A stretch of DNA of 64,000 bases from Spirochaetia bacterium (GCA_965203515.1 OZ241907.1:1632001-1696000), one strand, 5' to 3'. Counted from the first letter of the stretch, positions 17,799 to 27,872 are shown. The notes: a model not told the origin generated them from the sequence alone. Numbers and translations are program-made.

Positions 17799-19474
17799 GG
17801 GTACAGGCATCGGTTGAATGGGCCGCGTTCTTCTCCGATATGGCTGACAATCTGCTGCAATACCGGGACCACCGCGAGGCGTTAATCACTAAGGTGATCG
17901 CCATTTCCCGGAGTCTGGGAATGGCGTCTAGTGACAAGTTCGCGGGTGACACTGAGGGAGACATCCAGGATATCTGCCCGTTTTCTACATTCGGATGCTT
18001 CAACAGATCCAATCAGGCGGATCCCAAACGGATGACCTTCGCCGAAGAGCTTGCGAGCTTTCTGCAAGTGCGAAGGCCGGTGCCAACGTTGAACTCGAAC
18101 GAAGATGGTATCCCGTCACTCGATCCGAAAAGGCTCTGGGTCTTCCCTTTCGAAAAGGATCGGAACCGAGACGACATCGACTCTTTATGGGCACTCTTCG
18201 TGGACGCCATCAAACTCGCCGATGCGGGTGATGGAGATGATGACAACGTCCGCTCGGCATTCGTACGGTCTTACGACAAGATATGTCCACGAAAGGGCAA
18301 AGGTGTCATCAAGGGCGTCGGCACCACTACACTTACCATCGGACTCTACTGGATACGTCCATATATATTTCCGCCTTTGGATAAGCACTCGATCAAGTAC
18401 ATAAAAGAGACCCTCGGGGAACATGTACCGGAGGAGCCGAAGGCCCAAGACTACCTAGGACTCAGGGACAGACTACTGGAACGGTTCGATAATCCGGATG
18501 CTCCGGTCCACTCGTTCCCGGAGTTGACGCGGTCAGCGTATAACCGAAGCGACTCCAACGGTGACGACCCCGGTCCAGAGCCGCCGCCCGCCGGGTACAC
18601 CATCGACCATATTCTCGCCGATGGCTGCTTCCTTTCACGGGAGTCGCTCGAGAAAGTGATTGGCCGGCTGCGGACTCGGAAGAACCTGATTCTGCAGGGA
18701 CCGCCGGGGACGGGCAAGACCTGGTTGGCCAAGAGATTGGCGTTCGCCTTGCTCGGCCGCAAGGATGAGGGCCGAATCCGCCATCTCCAATTTCACCCCA
18801 ACCTGTCATACGAGGACTTCGTGCGCGGCCATCGTCCCGTCGAAGGACGACTGGAGCTGACCGACGGGCCGTTCCTGAAGATCACGCAGGAAGCGCGGAA
18901 CGATCCCGACCACGCCTACGTTGTCGTCATCGAGGAGATCAATCGCGGGAACCCGGCGCAGATCTTCGGAGAGGTGCTCACGTTGTTGGAGGCCGACAAG
19001 CGGACGCCGGACGAGGCGCTGGCGCTCGCCTTTCCCCGTGCTGAGGACGAGCGGGTCCACGTTCCGCCAAACGTCTATCTGATCGGCACCATGAACGTCG
19101 CCGACCGGTCGCTGGCCCTGGTCGATCTGGCGCTGCGCCGCCGGTTCGCGTTCGTCGATCTGGAGCCGGTCTTCGGCGTGTCGTGGCGCCGGTGGATGCG
19201 GGATCATGGAGGACTTGCCGACGCCTTCCTGCGGAGGATCGAGCAACGCATGATCGCTCTGAACGAGGAGATATCCGCCGATCACGGTCTCGGCAGGCAG
19301 TTCCGGGTGGGCCACAGCTATCTTACGGTGCCGCCGGAGACCCGCATCGCCAACCGGGAAGCGTGGTACCGCGAGGTGGTCGAAACGGAGATCGGGCCGC
19401 TGCTCCGCGAATACTGGTTCGACCAGCCCGACAAGGCCGATGCTCAGGAGAAGCACCTGCTCACGGACTTCTGA
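17792..19474 (+). CDS. mcrB: McrB AAA+ GTPase (type IV restriction)
   Basis: GPPGTGKT, QFHPNLSYEDF, IEEINRG, GTMNVADRSLALVDLALRRRF, VGHSY. Confidence 0.92.
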   Translation: MLGVQASVEWAAFFSDMADNLLQYRDHREALITKVIAISRSLGMASSDKFAGDTEGDIQDICPFSTFGCFNRSNQADPKRMTFAEELASFLQVRRPVPTLNSNEDGIPSLDPKRLWVFPFEKDRNRDDIDSLWALFVDAIKLADAGDGDDDNVRSAFVRSYDKICPRKGKGVIKGVGTTTLTIGLYWIRPYIFPPLDKHSIKYIKETLGEHVPEEPKAQDYLGLRDRLLERFDNPDAPVHSFPELTRSAYNRSDSNGDDPGPEPPPAGYTIDHILADGCFLSRESLEKVIGRLRTRKNLILQGPPGTGKTWLAKRLAFALLGRKDEGRIRHLQFHPNLSYEDFVRGHRPVEGRLELTDGPFLKITQEARNDPDHAYVVVIEEINRGNPAQIFGEVLTLLEADKRTPDEALALAFPRAEDERVHVPPNVYLIGTMNVADRSLALVDLALRRRFAFVDLEPVFGVSWRRWMRDHGGLADAFLRRIEQRMIALNEEISADHGLGRQFRVGHSYLTVPPETRIANREAWYREVVETEIGPLLREYWFDQPDKADAQEKHLLTDF

Positions 19475-20631
19475 TGGCGCCCGACGGTACGGCGGCGGCG
19501 CGGCCCGCCGCGAGTGAGCCGGCGGTCGCCGCTGGCCGCGGCAACGTCGGCCGGATTCCGGTCCGCAACATCTGGCTGCTGATGCTGTACGCCTCCCGTC
19601 TCTACCGGGAGCTGCCGCCGGCGCGGCGGGTCGCCATTGAGGATAACCCGGATGAGCTCCCCGACTTGGTAGCGCAGCTCCTTACCCGTGCCGTCGAGCG
19701 GCGGCTGCGGCGCAACCTGAGCTTCGCGTTCCAGGAAACCAGCGCGGACCTGCGGCGGGTGCGCGGCCGCATCGACCTGCTGCGCACCGAACGGCGTCAC
19801 CTGCTGCGGCGGGGCCGAGTCGCTTGCCGGTACGAGGAACTGACGGTCGACACGCCGCGCAACCGGTACGTACGGGCCGCGGCGCAGAAGTTGGTCACGG
19901 TCGTCGGCGCGGCGCACCTCGTTTCCCGGTGCCGCGCCGCGGACGCCCGCCTGGAGGCCGCCGGCGTGAGCTCAGACCCGGCCCTGGCCAGCCCGCGGGG
20001 GCGGAGCGCCGCCGCCGAGTTGCGGGGACGCATGGACCCGGAGGACCGGACCATGATGGCCGCCGCCGAACTCGCCTTCAGCCTTGCGCTGCCAACCGAG
20101 ACCGCCGGCGGAACCTATCTGCGTTCGCCCGACCGCGATGAGGTCTGGGCGCGGCGGTTGTTCGAGGCGGCGGTGGGCGGCTTCTACCAGGTAGTGTTGG
20201 CGCCAAAGTGGAGCACGCAGACGGGGAGGCTGATGCGTTGGCAAGTGGACGGCAGCACCTCTCGACTGCGCGAGCTGCTGCCGTCGATGACGGCCGACAT
20301 AGTGCTCGAATCCCGCGACCGGCGAATCATCATCGACACCAAGTTCACGTCGATTGTGACCGCGGGTCACTACCGGCAGGCGACGCTCAGCAGCGAACAC
20401 CTCTACCAGCTCTACTCCTACGTGCGGTCTCAGGAGCGACCGGACGATCCGCGGTCGCTCGGCGCGACCGGAATGTTGCTGCACCCGTCAGTCCGGGAAG
20501 ACGTCTACGAAGCCGCGGTCATTCAGGGCCACGAAGTGCGCTTCGCCACCGTCGATCTCGCGGCCTGCAGCCGAACGATACGGGAACGGCTGCTGCAGGT
20601 GGTGGCCGGAAGCCTGTTCGACCGTGAGTGA
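19474..20631 (+). CDS. mcrC: McrC PD-(D/E)xK nuclease subunit
   Basis: IPVRNIWLLMLYA, VRGRID, MTADIVL...IIDTKF, HLYQLYSY; TGATG coupling to mcrB. Confidence 0.92.
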   Translation: MAPDGTAAARPAASEPAVAAGRGNVGRIPVRNIWLLMLYASRLYRELPPARRVAIEDNPDELPDLVAQLLTRAVERRLRRNLSFAFQETSADLRRVRGRIDLLRTERRHLLRRGRVACRYEELTVDTPRNRYVRAAAQKLVTVVGAAHLVSRCRAADARLEAAGVSSDPALASPRGRSAAAELRGRMDPEDRTMMAAAELAFSLALPTETAGGTYLRSPDRDEVWARRLFEAAVGGFYQVVLAPKWSTQTGRLMRWQVDGSTSRLRELLPSMTADIVLESRDRRIIIDTKFTSIVTAGHYRQATLSSEHLYQLYSYVRSQERPDDPRSLGATGMLLHPSVREDVYEAAVIQGHEVRFATVDLAACSRTIRERLLQVVAGSLFDRE

Positions 20632-20637
20632 CCTGAC

Positions 20638-22398
20638 TCACCCTTCCACTACCTGAACCCGAAGCTGCTTGCCGTACAGCGTTTGGCGCGCCCAATACAG
20701 GTTCTGGTACCGATCGTAGCCGCCCTCTGCCAGTGTTGCCGTGGCTGTCGCGGTGGTGCCGCCTGGCGGCGCGGCCTGAAAGGTAACGGTCGGGGCCAGC
20801 AGGTAACCGCTTCCCGGGTTCGTAATCGTCACTGACGCTACCTCGTATTGCATAGCCGCGGTGGCGGTTGCGGTGGTGCCGCCGGACGGCGCGGCCGTAA
20901 AGGAAACGGTGGGGGCGGAGGTGTAGCCGCTCCCCGCGTTCGTGACCGTCACTGACGCTACCTCGTATTGCATAGCCGCGGTGGCGGCCGCGGTGGTGCC
21001 GCCGGACGGCGCGGCCGTGAAGGAAACGGTGGGGGCGGAGGTGTAGCCGCTCCCCGCGTTCGTGACCGTCACTGACGCTACCTCGTATTGCATAGCCGCG
21101 GTGGCGGCTGCGGTGGTGCCGCCGGACGGCGCGGCCGCAAAGGAAACGGTGGGGGCGGAGGTGTAGCCGTTCCCACCGTTCGTGACCGTCACTGACGTTA
21201 CGCCGGTTTGCAGCACCGCGGTGGCGGTCGGGGTGATGCCGATGCCGAGGGGCGCCGAAAAGGTAACGGTCGGGGCCGACGTGTAGCCGCTCCCGGCGTT
21301 CGTGATCGTCACGGAAGTGATCTGACCCGCGGAGTTCCTGGACGCGGTGCCGGTTGCGGTGGTGCCGCCGGACGGCGCGGCCGTAAAGGTCACGGACGGG
21401 ATATTCAAAATGTAGCCGCTCCCGCCGGTGTTTATCGTCACCGACGCGACGCTGCCGGGACCTGCCGCGGTGCCGGTTGCGGCAGTGCCGCCGGACGGCG
21501 CGGCCGTAAAGGTGACGGACGGGACCGAGGTGTAGCCGCTCCCGGCAGTCGTTATCGTCACGGCATCGACGCTACCGGACCCCGCCGCGGTACCGGTTGC
21601 GGCAGTGCCGCCGGACGGCGCGGCCGTAAAGGTGACGGACGGGACCGAGGTGTAGCCGCTCCCGGCAGTCGTTATCGTCACGGCATCGACGCTACCGGAC
21701 CCCGCCGCGGTACCGGTTGCGGCAGTGCCGCCGGACGGCGCGGCCGAAAAGGTGACGGCGGGGACCGAAGTGTAGCCGCTCCCCGCGTTCGTGATCGTCA
21801 CGGCATCGACGCTGCCGGACCCCGCCGCGGTACCGGTTGCGGCAGTGCCGCCGGACGGCGCGGCCGAAAAGGTGACGGCGGGGACCGAGGTGTAGCCGCT
21901 CCCCGCGTTGGTGACCGTGACGGACTCGACGAAGCCTGCGCTTTCCGTCTGATCCTCGGCGGTGAGCACGAGCACCACTGTGCCCGCCCGGACCTCCGGG
22001 GTGACCGTCCACTCCGCACCGGAGATATCGGACGCGAAGACCGGCTTCGCACTCGTACTCGTGAACGGCAGCGCATGCCCGCCGATCGAAACGCGCACGT
22101 CGTCGCCGCCGGTGATCCGGTCCCAGGCATACGGCGCCGAACGGTTGACCGTCTGGCTCAGCAGGTTGGCGTCATCACCAAAGTGCGCCGCGCTGATCGT
22201 CCAGCGCTTCTCGGCCGGCTGCGAGGTCGGCGGCGGCTCGCTCGGTGGCTTACCCCCCCCCCCCCCCCCCCCAGAGCCGGCGTCGGCGGGAGCAGCAGCG
22301 GCCGGCCGCGCCGCCTCGCCGCAGGCCAGCATGGCGATGCCGGCAGCCGCCACGAGCGCGAGCAACGCTGCCTTACGAGCCGGGTGGGCGGGGTTCAT
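20638..22398 (-). CDS. Surface lipoprotein with ten ~40-aa 'VTxTNAGSGYT..P.VTF' repeats
   Basis: Lipobox MLA-C after a hydrophobic signal; GGAGG upstream; 120-bp periodic DNA. Confidence 0.8.
   Translation of the reverse strand: MNPAHPARKAALLALVAAAGIAMLACGEAARPAAAAPADAGSGGGGGGGKPPSEPPPTSQPAEKRWTISAAHFGDDANLLSQTVNRSAPYAWDRITGGDDVRVSIGGHALPFTSTSAKPVFASDISGAEWTVTPEVRAGTVVLVLTAEDQTESAGFVESVTVTNAGSGYTSVPAVTFSAAPSGGTAATGTAAGSGSVDAVTITNAGSGYTSVPAVTFSAAPSGGTAATGTAAGSGSVDAVTITTAGSGYTSVPSVTFTAAPSGGTAATGTAAGSGSVDAVTITTAGSGYTSVPSVTFTAAPSGGTAATGTAAGPGSVASVTINTGGSGYILNIPSVTFTAAPSGGTTATGTASRNSAGQITSVTITNAGSGYTSAPTVTFSAPLGIGITPTATAVLQTGVTSVTVTNGGNGYTSAPTVSFAAAPSGGTTAAATAAMQYEVASVTVTNAGSGYTSAPTVSFTAAPSGGTTAAATAAMQYEVASVTVTNAGSGYTSAPTVSFTAAPSGGTTATATAAMQYEVASVTITNPGSGYLLAPTVTFQAAPPGGTTATATATLAEGGYDRYQNLYWARQTLYGKQLRVQVVEG
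20730..21935 (-). repeat. Ten ~120-bp coding tandem repeats in two sub-families (5+5)
   Basis: Lines 21481-21600 and 21601-21720 are identical; units 7-9 end in AMQYE. Confidence 0.92.
22253..22272 (-). repeat. G20 homopolymer (coding strand) just after the lipoprotein signal
   Basis: 20 consecutive C on the + strand, encoding poly-Gly. Confidence 0.9.
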
Positions 22399-22495
22399 GC
22401 TTCGTCCTGCCTCCTGCAGAGACATCGTGCGGATGAATGGGCGATGCGCAAGGGAATCGACGCACGACGGTGATGGCCGCGGCTTAGCAGGCCTT

Positions 22496-22512
22496 GGGGG
22501 GGGGGGGGGGGG
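22496..22512 (+). repeat. G17 homopolymer upstream of the lipoprotein gene (C17 on its coding strand)
   Basis: 17 consecutive G. Confidence 0.9.
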
Positions 22513-22647
22513 AGGATTTGGTTGTCGGGGCTCATGCTTTGATCTGCCTCCATGCCTGCAGGACATCCTGCCGGATGAAATGGGCGACGCGCAAGCGGTC
22601 GGCTTGATCCTCGCCTCGCCTGACCTGACCGGAACCGGCGCGACCGC

Positions 22648-24423
22648 CTACGACGGCCGCAGGACGGCGCCGAACACGGTCAGGCCGTCCTCGGTACCGG
22701 GGATGATGGCGGCGGCCCGCAACGTGAAGGTGCGGACGCCCGCCTCGACCACGGAGATGCGGCCGATCGGCGTGCCGAACTCCGGGAAATAGTGCGAGCG
22801 GGGGCTGGCGATGCGCAGGGTGTCGCCCAGGGCGCCTGCGGCGCCGCGGCCGGCGCCGGCGGACACCTCGACGCGGTGCGGCGTGACCTGCTCGGTGCCG
22901 TGCACGGGCGCCGCGATGACCGTCACGGCGAACGAACCGGGCTGACAGATCCGCACCCGCCACGACAGCGCGCTTTCGGTATCGATCCAGCCGGCGGTCA
23001 GGCCGTTGGAGAGGATCTCCAGCGTGGACCCCGGCCCGCGCGCCGCCTCGGCCAGGTGCGCGTGCAGGTGGATGGAGCCGTCCGGCTGCTGGACGGTCAA
23101 CTCGTCGGCTTCGGCAGCGCCGTCGATGCCCAGCGCCACCACCGGCACGTGCGCGACCGCGCCGAGGTCGGGAAGGGTCAACGTGAGCCGGTCGACGCCG
23201 CCGGCATCGGTGCGGTCCTGCGCGACCTCCACCGGCGCTTCGAGCCCCAGCACCTCGGCGCCGGTCACGCGCGAGCGCAGCCCGTGCACGACCAGCCGGC
23301 CGGCCTGCGGCTGCAGCAGGTGGATGAACAGCCGGCCCGGCTTGCAGGTCATGCGCAGGGAGTCGTGCTCGTAGGGGAACGGACTGCCGCCGGTGCCATG
23401 GATCGCCTCGCCGTTGACCGCCATCCAGGCGCCGATCGCGCGCAGCCGCTCGGCGCTGGGTTCGGGGATCACCCCGGCCGCGGTCGGTCCGACGTTGAGC
23501 AGATAGTTCACCCCCTTGCTGGCCAGGTCGATCAGCAGCAGGAGCAGCGTGGAGACCGATTTCCAGTGGTGATCGGTGCTCTTGTAACCCCAGGTGTCGT
23601 TGAGGGTGGCCGGCGTCTCGTAGTCGGCGCGCACGCGCCCGGCCGGAATCTGGTTGTCGCCCAGGCTGCCGTAGTCGCCCACGTCATTGCCGATGCGGCC
23701 GCTGACCAGACACTCCGGCTGCAGGCGGTGCACGAAGTCGCGCAGCTCGATGCTGTGCTCGCGGCTGATGGTGTACGGGGTATCGAACCAGATCAGGCCG
23801 ATCGGCCCGTATTGGGTCAGCAGTTCGCGAAGCTGCGGCTTGACCTTGCGCTCCAGATAGGCGGCGAAGTCCTTGCCGCCCTCGTCGAAGTCCCAGTCGT
23901 TGCGCGACCCGTCCGGGTCGTGCCAGTCCTGATCCTGCGAGTAATAGAGGCCGAGCTTGATGCCGGCGGCAGCGCATTCCTGCGCCAGTTCCGCCAGCGG
24001 GTCGCGGCCGAAGGGGGTGGCGTCGACGACGTTGTAGGGACAGCACGGCGAACGGAACAGCGCAAACCCGTCGTGGTGCTTGGTGGTGATCACCAGGTAG
24101 CGCATGCCGGCCTGCACCGCCAGCTCCACCCAGGCGCGGGCGTCGAAGCGCACCGGGTCGAAGCTCCGTGCCAGCTCCGCGTAGCGCTGCCGGGGAATGC
24201 GCTTGCGAAACATGATCCACTCGCCGATCCCCGGCACCTCCTCGCCCTCCCACACGCCGGCGGGGATGGCGTACAGACCCCAGTGGATGAACATGCCGAA
24301 GCGCGCTTCGCGCCACCACCCCAGCCCCGGATGGTCGACCGCCGCGGCCGCGTTACGGCCGCGCATCCGCTCGCGCCAGCTCATCATCTCTGCGATGGAT
24401 GGGTCATACTCCTTCCGTGCCAT
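22648..24423 (-). CDS. Alpha-L-fucosidase (GH29) with C-terminal beta-sandwich
   Basis: RFGMFIHWG, TTKHHDGF, IWFD, YLLNVGP. Confidence 0.93.
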   Translation of the reverse strand: MARKEYDPSIAEMMSWRERMRGRNAAAAVDHPGLGWWREARFGMFIHWGLYAIPAGVWEGEEVPGIGEWIMFRKRIPRQRYAELARSFDPVRFDARAWVELAVQAGMRYLVITTKHHDGFALFRSPCCPYNVVDATPFGRDPLAELAQECAAAGIKLGLYYSQDQDWHDPDGSRNDWDFDEGGKDFAAYLERKVKPQLRELLTQYGPIGLIWFDTPYTISREHSIELRDFVHRLQPECLVSGRIGNDVGDYGSLGDNQIPAGRVRADYETPATLNDTWGYKSTDHHWKSVSTLLLLLIDLASKGVNYLLNVGPTAAGVIPEPSAERLRAIGAWMAVNGEAIHGTGGSPFPYEHDSLRMTCKPGRLFIHLLQPQAGRLVVHGLRSRVTGAEVLGLEAPVEVAQDRTDAGGVDRLTLTLPDLGAVAHVPVVALGIDGAAEADELTVQQPDGSIHLHAHLAEAARGPGSTLEILSNGLTAGWIDTESALSWRVRICQPGSFAVTVIAAPVHGTEQVTPHRVEVSAGAGRGAAGALGDTLRIASPRSHYFPEFGTPIGRISVVEAGVRTFTLRAAAIIPGTEDGLTVFGAVLRPS

Positions 24424-27400
24424 CGACCGCAAGCGCCGCGGCCGCCATCCGGGTGGGACAGATTCTGAGCGGCCCGCTGTTCAGCGAGCCGATGCTGGTG
24501 GAGACGGTGCGTTCGAACGGGCCGGACACCTGGATCGCGGGTCTGGTCGGCCGGCAGTCGGAGCGGTTTCGGCGGGTCACGCTGACCGCGGCCGACCTCG
24601 CCGCGCTGACCATCGCCGACGCCGCCCGCTCCTATGACGGCGACGGCCGGCTGCTGCGCCTCGCCCTGCAGGCCTACGCGCTCGGCATCGCCTACGAGTT
24701 CGAGCCCTACTTCGGGCTGTCGATCTCACGGGTGGACCCGTTGCCGCATCAGCTCGAAGCGGTCTACGAACACCTCCTCAAGCTGCCGCGCGTGCGCTTC
24801 CTGCTGGCCGACGACGCCGGCGCCGGCAAGACGATCATGGCCGGCCTCTTGATCCGCGAGCTCAAGCTGCGCGGTCTGATCGAACGCATCCTGGTGGTCG
24901 GCCCCGCGAACCTGGCGTTCCAGTGGCAGCGCGAGCTCAACGAGAAGTTCGAGGAGCGGTTCGTCGTGCTGAAGGGCGCCGACCTGCGCGGCCAGTTCGG
25001 CGTCAACCAGTGGCTGGAGCAGCGGCAGGTCATCACCTCGCTCGACCTGGCCAAGCGCGCCGACATCCTGCCCGGACTGGCGCAGGTGCGCTGGGACCTG
25101 GTGATCGTCGACGAGGCGCACCGCATGTCGGCGCGGGACGAGACCCACAAGAGCCAGCGCTACCGGCTGGGCGAGCTGCTGCGCGACCGCGCCGATCACG
25201 TGCTGCTGCTGACCGCCACCCCGCACAAGGGCGACGCCGGCAACTTCACGCTGTTCCTGCAGCTCCTCGACCGGGACGCCTACGCCGACGTGACCTCGAT
25301 CCGCCGGGCGATGGAGCAGCGGCGCGCCCCGTTCTACCTGCGCCGCACCAAGGAGGCGATGGTCTACTTCCCGGAGCGGCAGGAGAACGGCGCCTGGACC
25401 GCCCGGCCGGTATTCACCAAGCGCATCGCGCGTACCGCCGGCTTCGCCATCGACAGCGCCGAGCACGAGCTCTACCGCACGGTCACGCGCTTCGTGAAAC
25501 GGCAGAGCGCCCGCGCCGCGGCGCAGGACGACGACCCGCGGGCGCGCGCCGTGGGATTCCTGATGGCGCTGTACCAGCGGCGCCTGGCGTCGAGCACCCA
25601 TGCCCTGCGGCGGTCGCTCGAAAACCGGGCGCGGCGCCTGGAGGAGGGACTGAGCCGCGCCCGCGAGCTGCTGCGCACGGCGCCGCCGCAGCTTCCCGAT
25701 CAGGAGGAGCTCGACGAGCTCGAAGACGCCGAGCGCGAACGGCTGGAGCGCATCCTGGAGGCGGTCACGCTGGCCGGCAACGCCGCGCAGGTGCGGGAGG
25801 AAGCCGCCGAGCTGCGCGGCCTGGCGCGGCAGGCGCAGGCGGTCGAAGCCGCGGGCAGCGAGGCGAAGCTGCGCCGCTTGCGGTCGATCATGCGGGATGA
25901 GGGGTTCTTCGACCGGCCCGGCCAGCGGTTGCTGATCTTCACCGAGTTCCGGGACACGCTCGACTACCTGCTGGAGCGGCTCACGGCGTGGGGCTTCGCG
26001 GCGGGCTGCATCCACGGCGGCATGAAGCCGGGCGCGCGCGACGAACCGGGGACGCGGCTGCACGCCGAGCAGCGGTTCCGCGACGGCGAGATCCAGGTGC
26101 TGGTCGCCACCGAGGCGGCCGGCGAAGGCATCAACCTGCAGTGCTGCCACATCCTGTTCAACTACGACATCCCGTGGAACCCGAACCGGCTGGAGCAGCG
26201 CATGGGCCGCATCCACCGCTACGGGCAGCGGCGCGACTGCCTGATCTTCAACTTCGTGGCGGCCAACACCATCGAAGGCCGCGTGCTGCGGCGGCTGCTG
26301 GACAAGCTCCGGGAGATACGCGACGCCCTCGACGACGACGCGGTGTTCAACGTGGTGGGCGAGGTGCTGCCGTCGGCGCAGGTGGAGCGCGTGCTGCGCG
26401 ACTACTACGCCGGCAAGCTGGGCGACGCCGACCTGGAGGAGCGGCTGCTGCGCGACGTGGACGAGGGCCGCTTCCGGTCGATCTGCCGGACCGCCCTGGA
26501 AGGACTGGCCGCCCGCAAGCTCAACCTGGACCTGCTGATCGAGCGCCGCGCCCGCGCGCAGGAGCGGCGGGTGGTGCCGGAGACGATCGCCCGCTTCATC
26601 GCCGAGTGCGCGGGCGGCGCGGCCCTGCCGCTGCGGCCGGTGCGCGGCATGGCGCACACCTTCGATCCCGGGCGCACGCCGGCAGCGTTGCGCCGCCACG
26701 AGCGCGACCCGGACTGGAAGCTGCCGGCGCTGGCCGCGCGCTACCCGCGGCTCACCACCGACCGCGACACCGCGGAGCGGCAGGCGCTGGAATGGGTCAC
26801 CCCCGGCCATCCGCTGTTCGAGGCGCTGCGCCGGCATAGCCTGGCGCGCGGGCAGGATGCCTGCAGCCGCGGCGCCTGCTTCCACTCGCTGGCGCACGCC
26901 GCGCCGGCGCGCCTCGACTGCTACCGCGCGCGCATCGTGGACGGCCTGGGCCGCGTGATCCACGAACGGCTGTTCGCGGTGGAGCTGACCGCCGGCGGCG
27001 AGCCGCGCCTGCGCGGCCCGGACCTGCTCGGCAACCTGAGCCCGGCGCCCGCTCCCGCCGAGCTGCCGGCCGCGGCGTCCCTCCCGGAGGCGACCGGCTG
27101 GCTCCACGAGCGCGCGCTGGCGCCGTTCCTGGACGAGGTGCGCGCCGAGCGCGTGGCCGAAGTCGACCGCGTCGCCGGCCACGTCGAGCTGGCGCTGACC
27201 GAGGTGTTGCAGCGCGTCGATCACGAGATCGGCCGCGCCGCGGATGACCCGGAACACGAGGCCGCCGGCGCCGAGGGGCGCCTGGCCCAGGCCGAGGCGC
27301 GCCACGCCGAGCTGCTGGCGCGGCGGGAGCGCCGCCGCGAGGAGTCGGGGCGGCAGCGGGCGGTCACCCTGCAGGCGGTCGAACGGCTGGCCAGCGCGCT

Positions 27401-27872
27401 GATCCTGCCCCACCCGGAACGGGAGACCGCGGCGGTGCGCCGGCTGCGCCCCGATCCCGAGACCGAGCTGACGGCGATGCGGACCGTCATGCGGCACGAG
27501 GCCGCGCAGGGCCGGCAGGTCTACGACGTGCACGAGAAGAACCTGGGCTACGACGTGACCAGCCTGGACCTGCAATCGGGCGAGCTGCGCCTGATCGAGG
27601 TGAAGGGACTGGCCGGCGCGGCCGGCAGCATCCTGCTCACCCCGAACGAGCGCCGCGTCGCCGAGGACCGGCCCGACTGCTACTGGCTGTACGTGGTCAC
27701 CGACTGCGCCACCGCCCCCACGCTGCAGGAGCCGGTCCGCGACCCCGCCCGCTTCCCGTGGCGCGAGGTGATGAAGGTCCAGCACTACTGGCTGAGCATC
27801 GACGCCCTGCAGCCGCCCATGGAAATCCGCGAACGTGGTATCATCCCCTACGAGGCAGCTCGTGGAGGCTGA
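24399..27872 (+). CDS. SNF2-family helicase with C-terminal DUF3883/NOV_C-like nuclease domain
   Basis: LLADDAGAGKT, DEAH, LTATPH, TEAAGEGINLQ, LEQRMGRIHRYGQ; GYDVTS...IEVKG. Confidence 0.92.
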   Translation: MGHTPSVPSTASAAAAIRVGQILSGPLFSEPMLVETVRSNGPDTWIAGLVGRQSERFRRVTLTAADLAALTIADAARSYDGDGRLLRLALQAYALGIAYEFEPYFGLSISRVDPLPHQLEAVYEHLLKLPRVRFLLADDAGAGKTIMAGLLIRELKLRGLIERILVVGPANLAFQWQRELNEKFEERFVVLKGADLRGQFGVNQWLEQRQVITSLDLAKRADILPGLAQVRWDLVIVDEAHRMSARDETHKSQRYRLGELLRDRADHVLLLTATPHKGDAGNFTLFLQLLDRDAYADVTSIRRAMEQRRAPFYLRRTKEAMVYFPERQENGAWTARPVFTKRIARTAGFAIDSAEHELYRTVTRFVKRQSARAAAQDDDPRARAVGFLMALYQRRLASSTHALRRSLENRARRLEEGLSRARELLRTAPPQLPDQEELDELEDAERERLERILEAVTLAGNAAQVREEAAELRGLARQAQAVEAAGSEAKLRRLRSIMRDEGFFDRPGQRLLIFTEFRDTLDYLLERLTAWGFAAGCIHGGMKPGARDEPGTRLHAEQRFRDGEIQVLVATEAAGEGINLQCCHILFNYDIPWNPNRLEQRMGRIHRYGQRRDCLIFNFVAANTIEGRVLRRLLDKLREIRDALDDDAVFNVVGEVLPSAQVERVLRDYYAGKLGDADLEERLLRDVDEGRFRSICRTALEGLAARKLNLDLLIERRARAQERRVVPETIARFIAECAGGAALPLRPVRGMAHTFDPGRTPAALRRHERDPDWKLPALAARYPRLTTDRDTAERQALEWVTPGHPLFEALRRHSLARGQDACSRGACFHSLAHAAPARLDCYRARIVDGLGRVIHERLFAVELTAGGEPRLRGPDLLGNLSPAPAPAELPAAASLPEATGWLHERALAPFLDEVRAERVAEVDRVAGHVELALTEVLQRVDHEIGRAADDPEHEAAGAEGRLAQAEARHAELLARRERRREESGRQRAVTLQAVERLASALILPHPERETAAVRRLRPDPETELTAMRTVMRHEAAQGRQVYDVHEKNLGYDVTSLDLQSGELRLIEVKGLAGAAGSILLTPNERRVAEDRPDCYWLYVVTDCATAPTLQEPVRDPARFPWREVMKVQHYWLSIDALQPPMEIRERGIIPYEAARGG

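Noticed and set aside
20624..20641. GTGAGT-N6-ACTCAC hairpin as a terminator between mcrC and the lipoprotein gene
   Set aside because: Only a 6-bp stem and no U-tract; too weak to call
20730..21935. Possible CRISPR array or DGR template/variable repeats
   Set aside because: Units are contiguous in-frame 120-bp coding repeats without unique spacers; no cas or reverse transcriptase gene in the window
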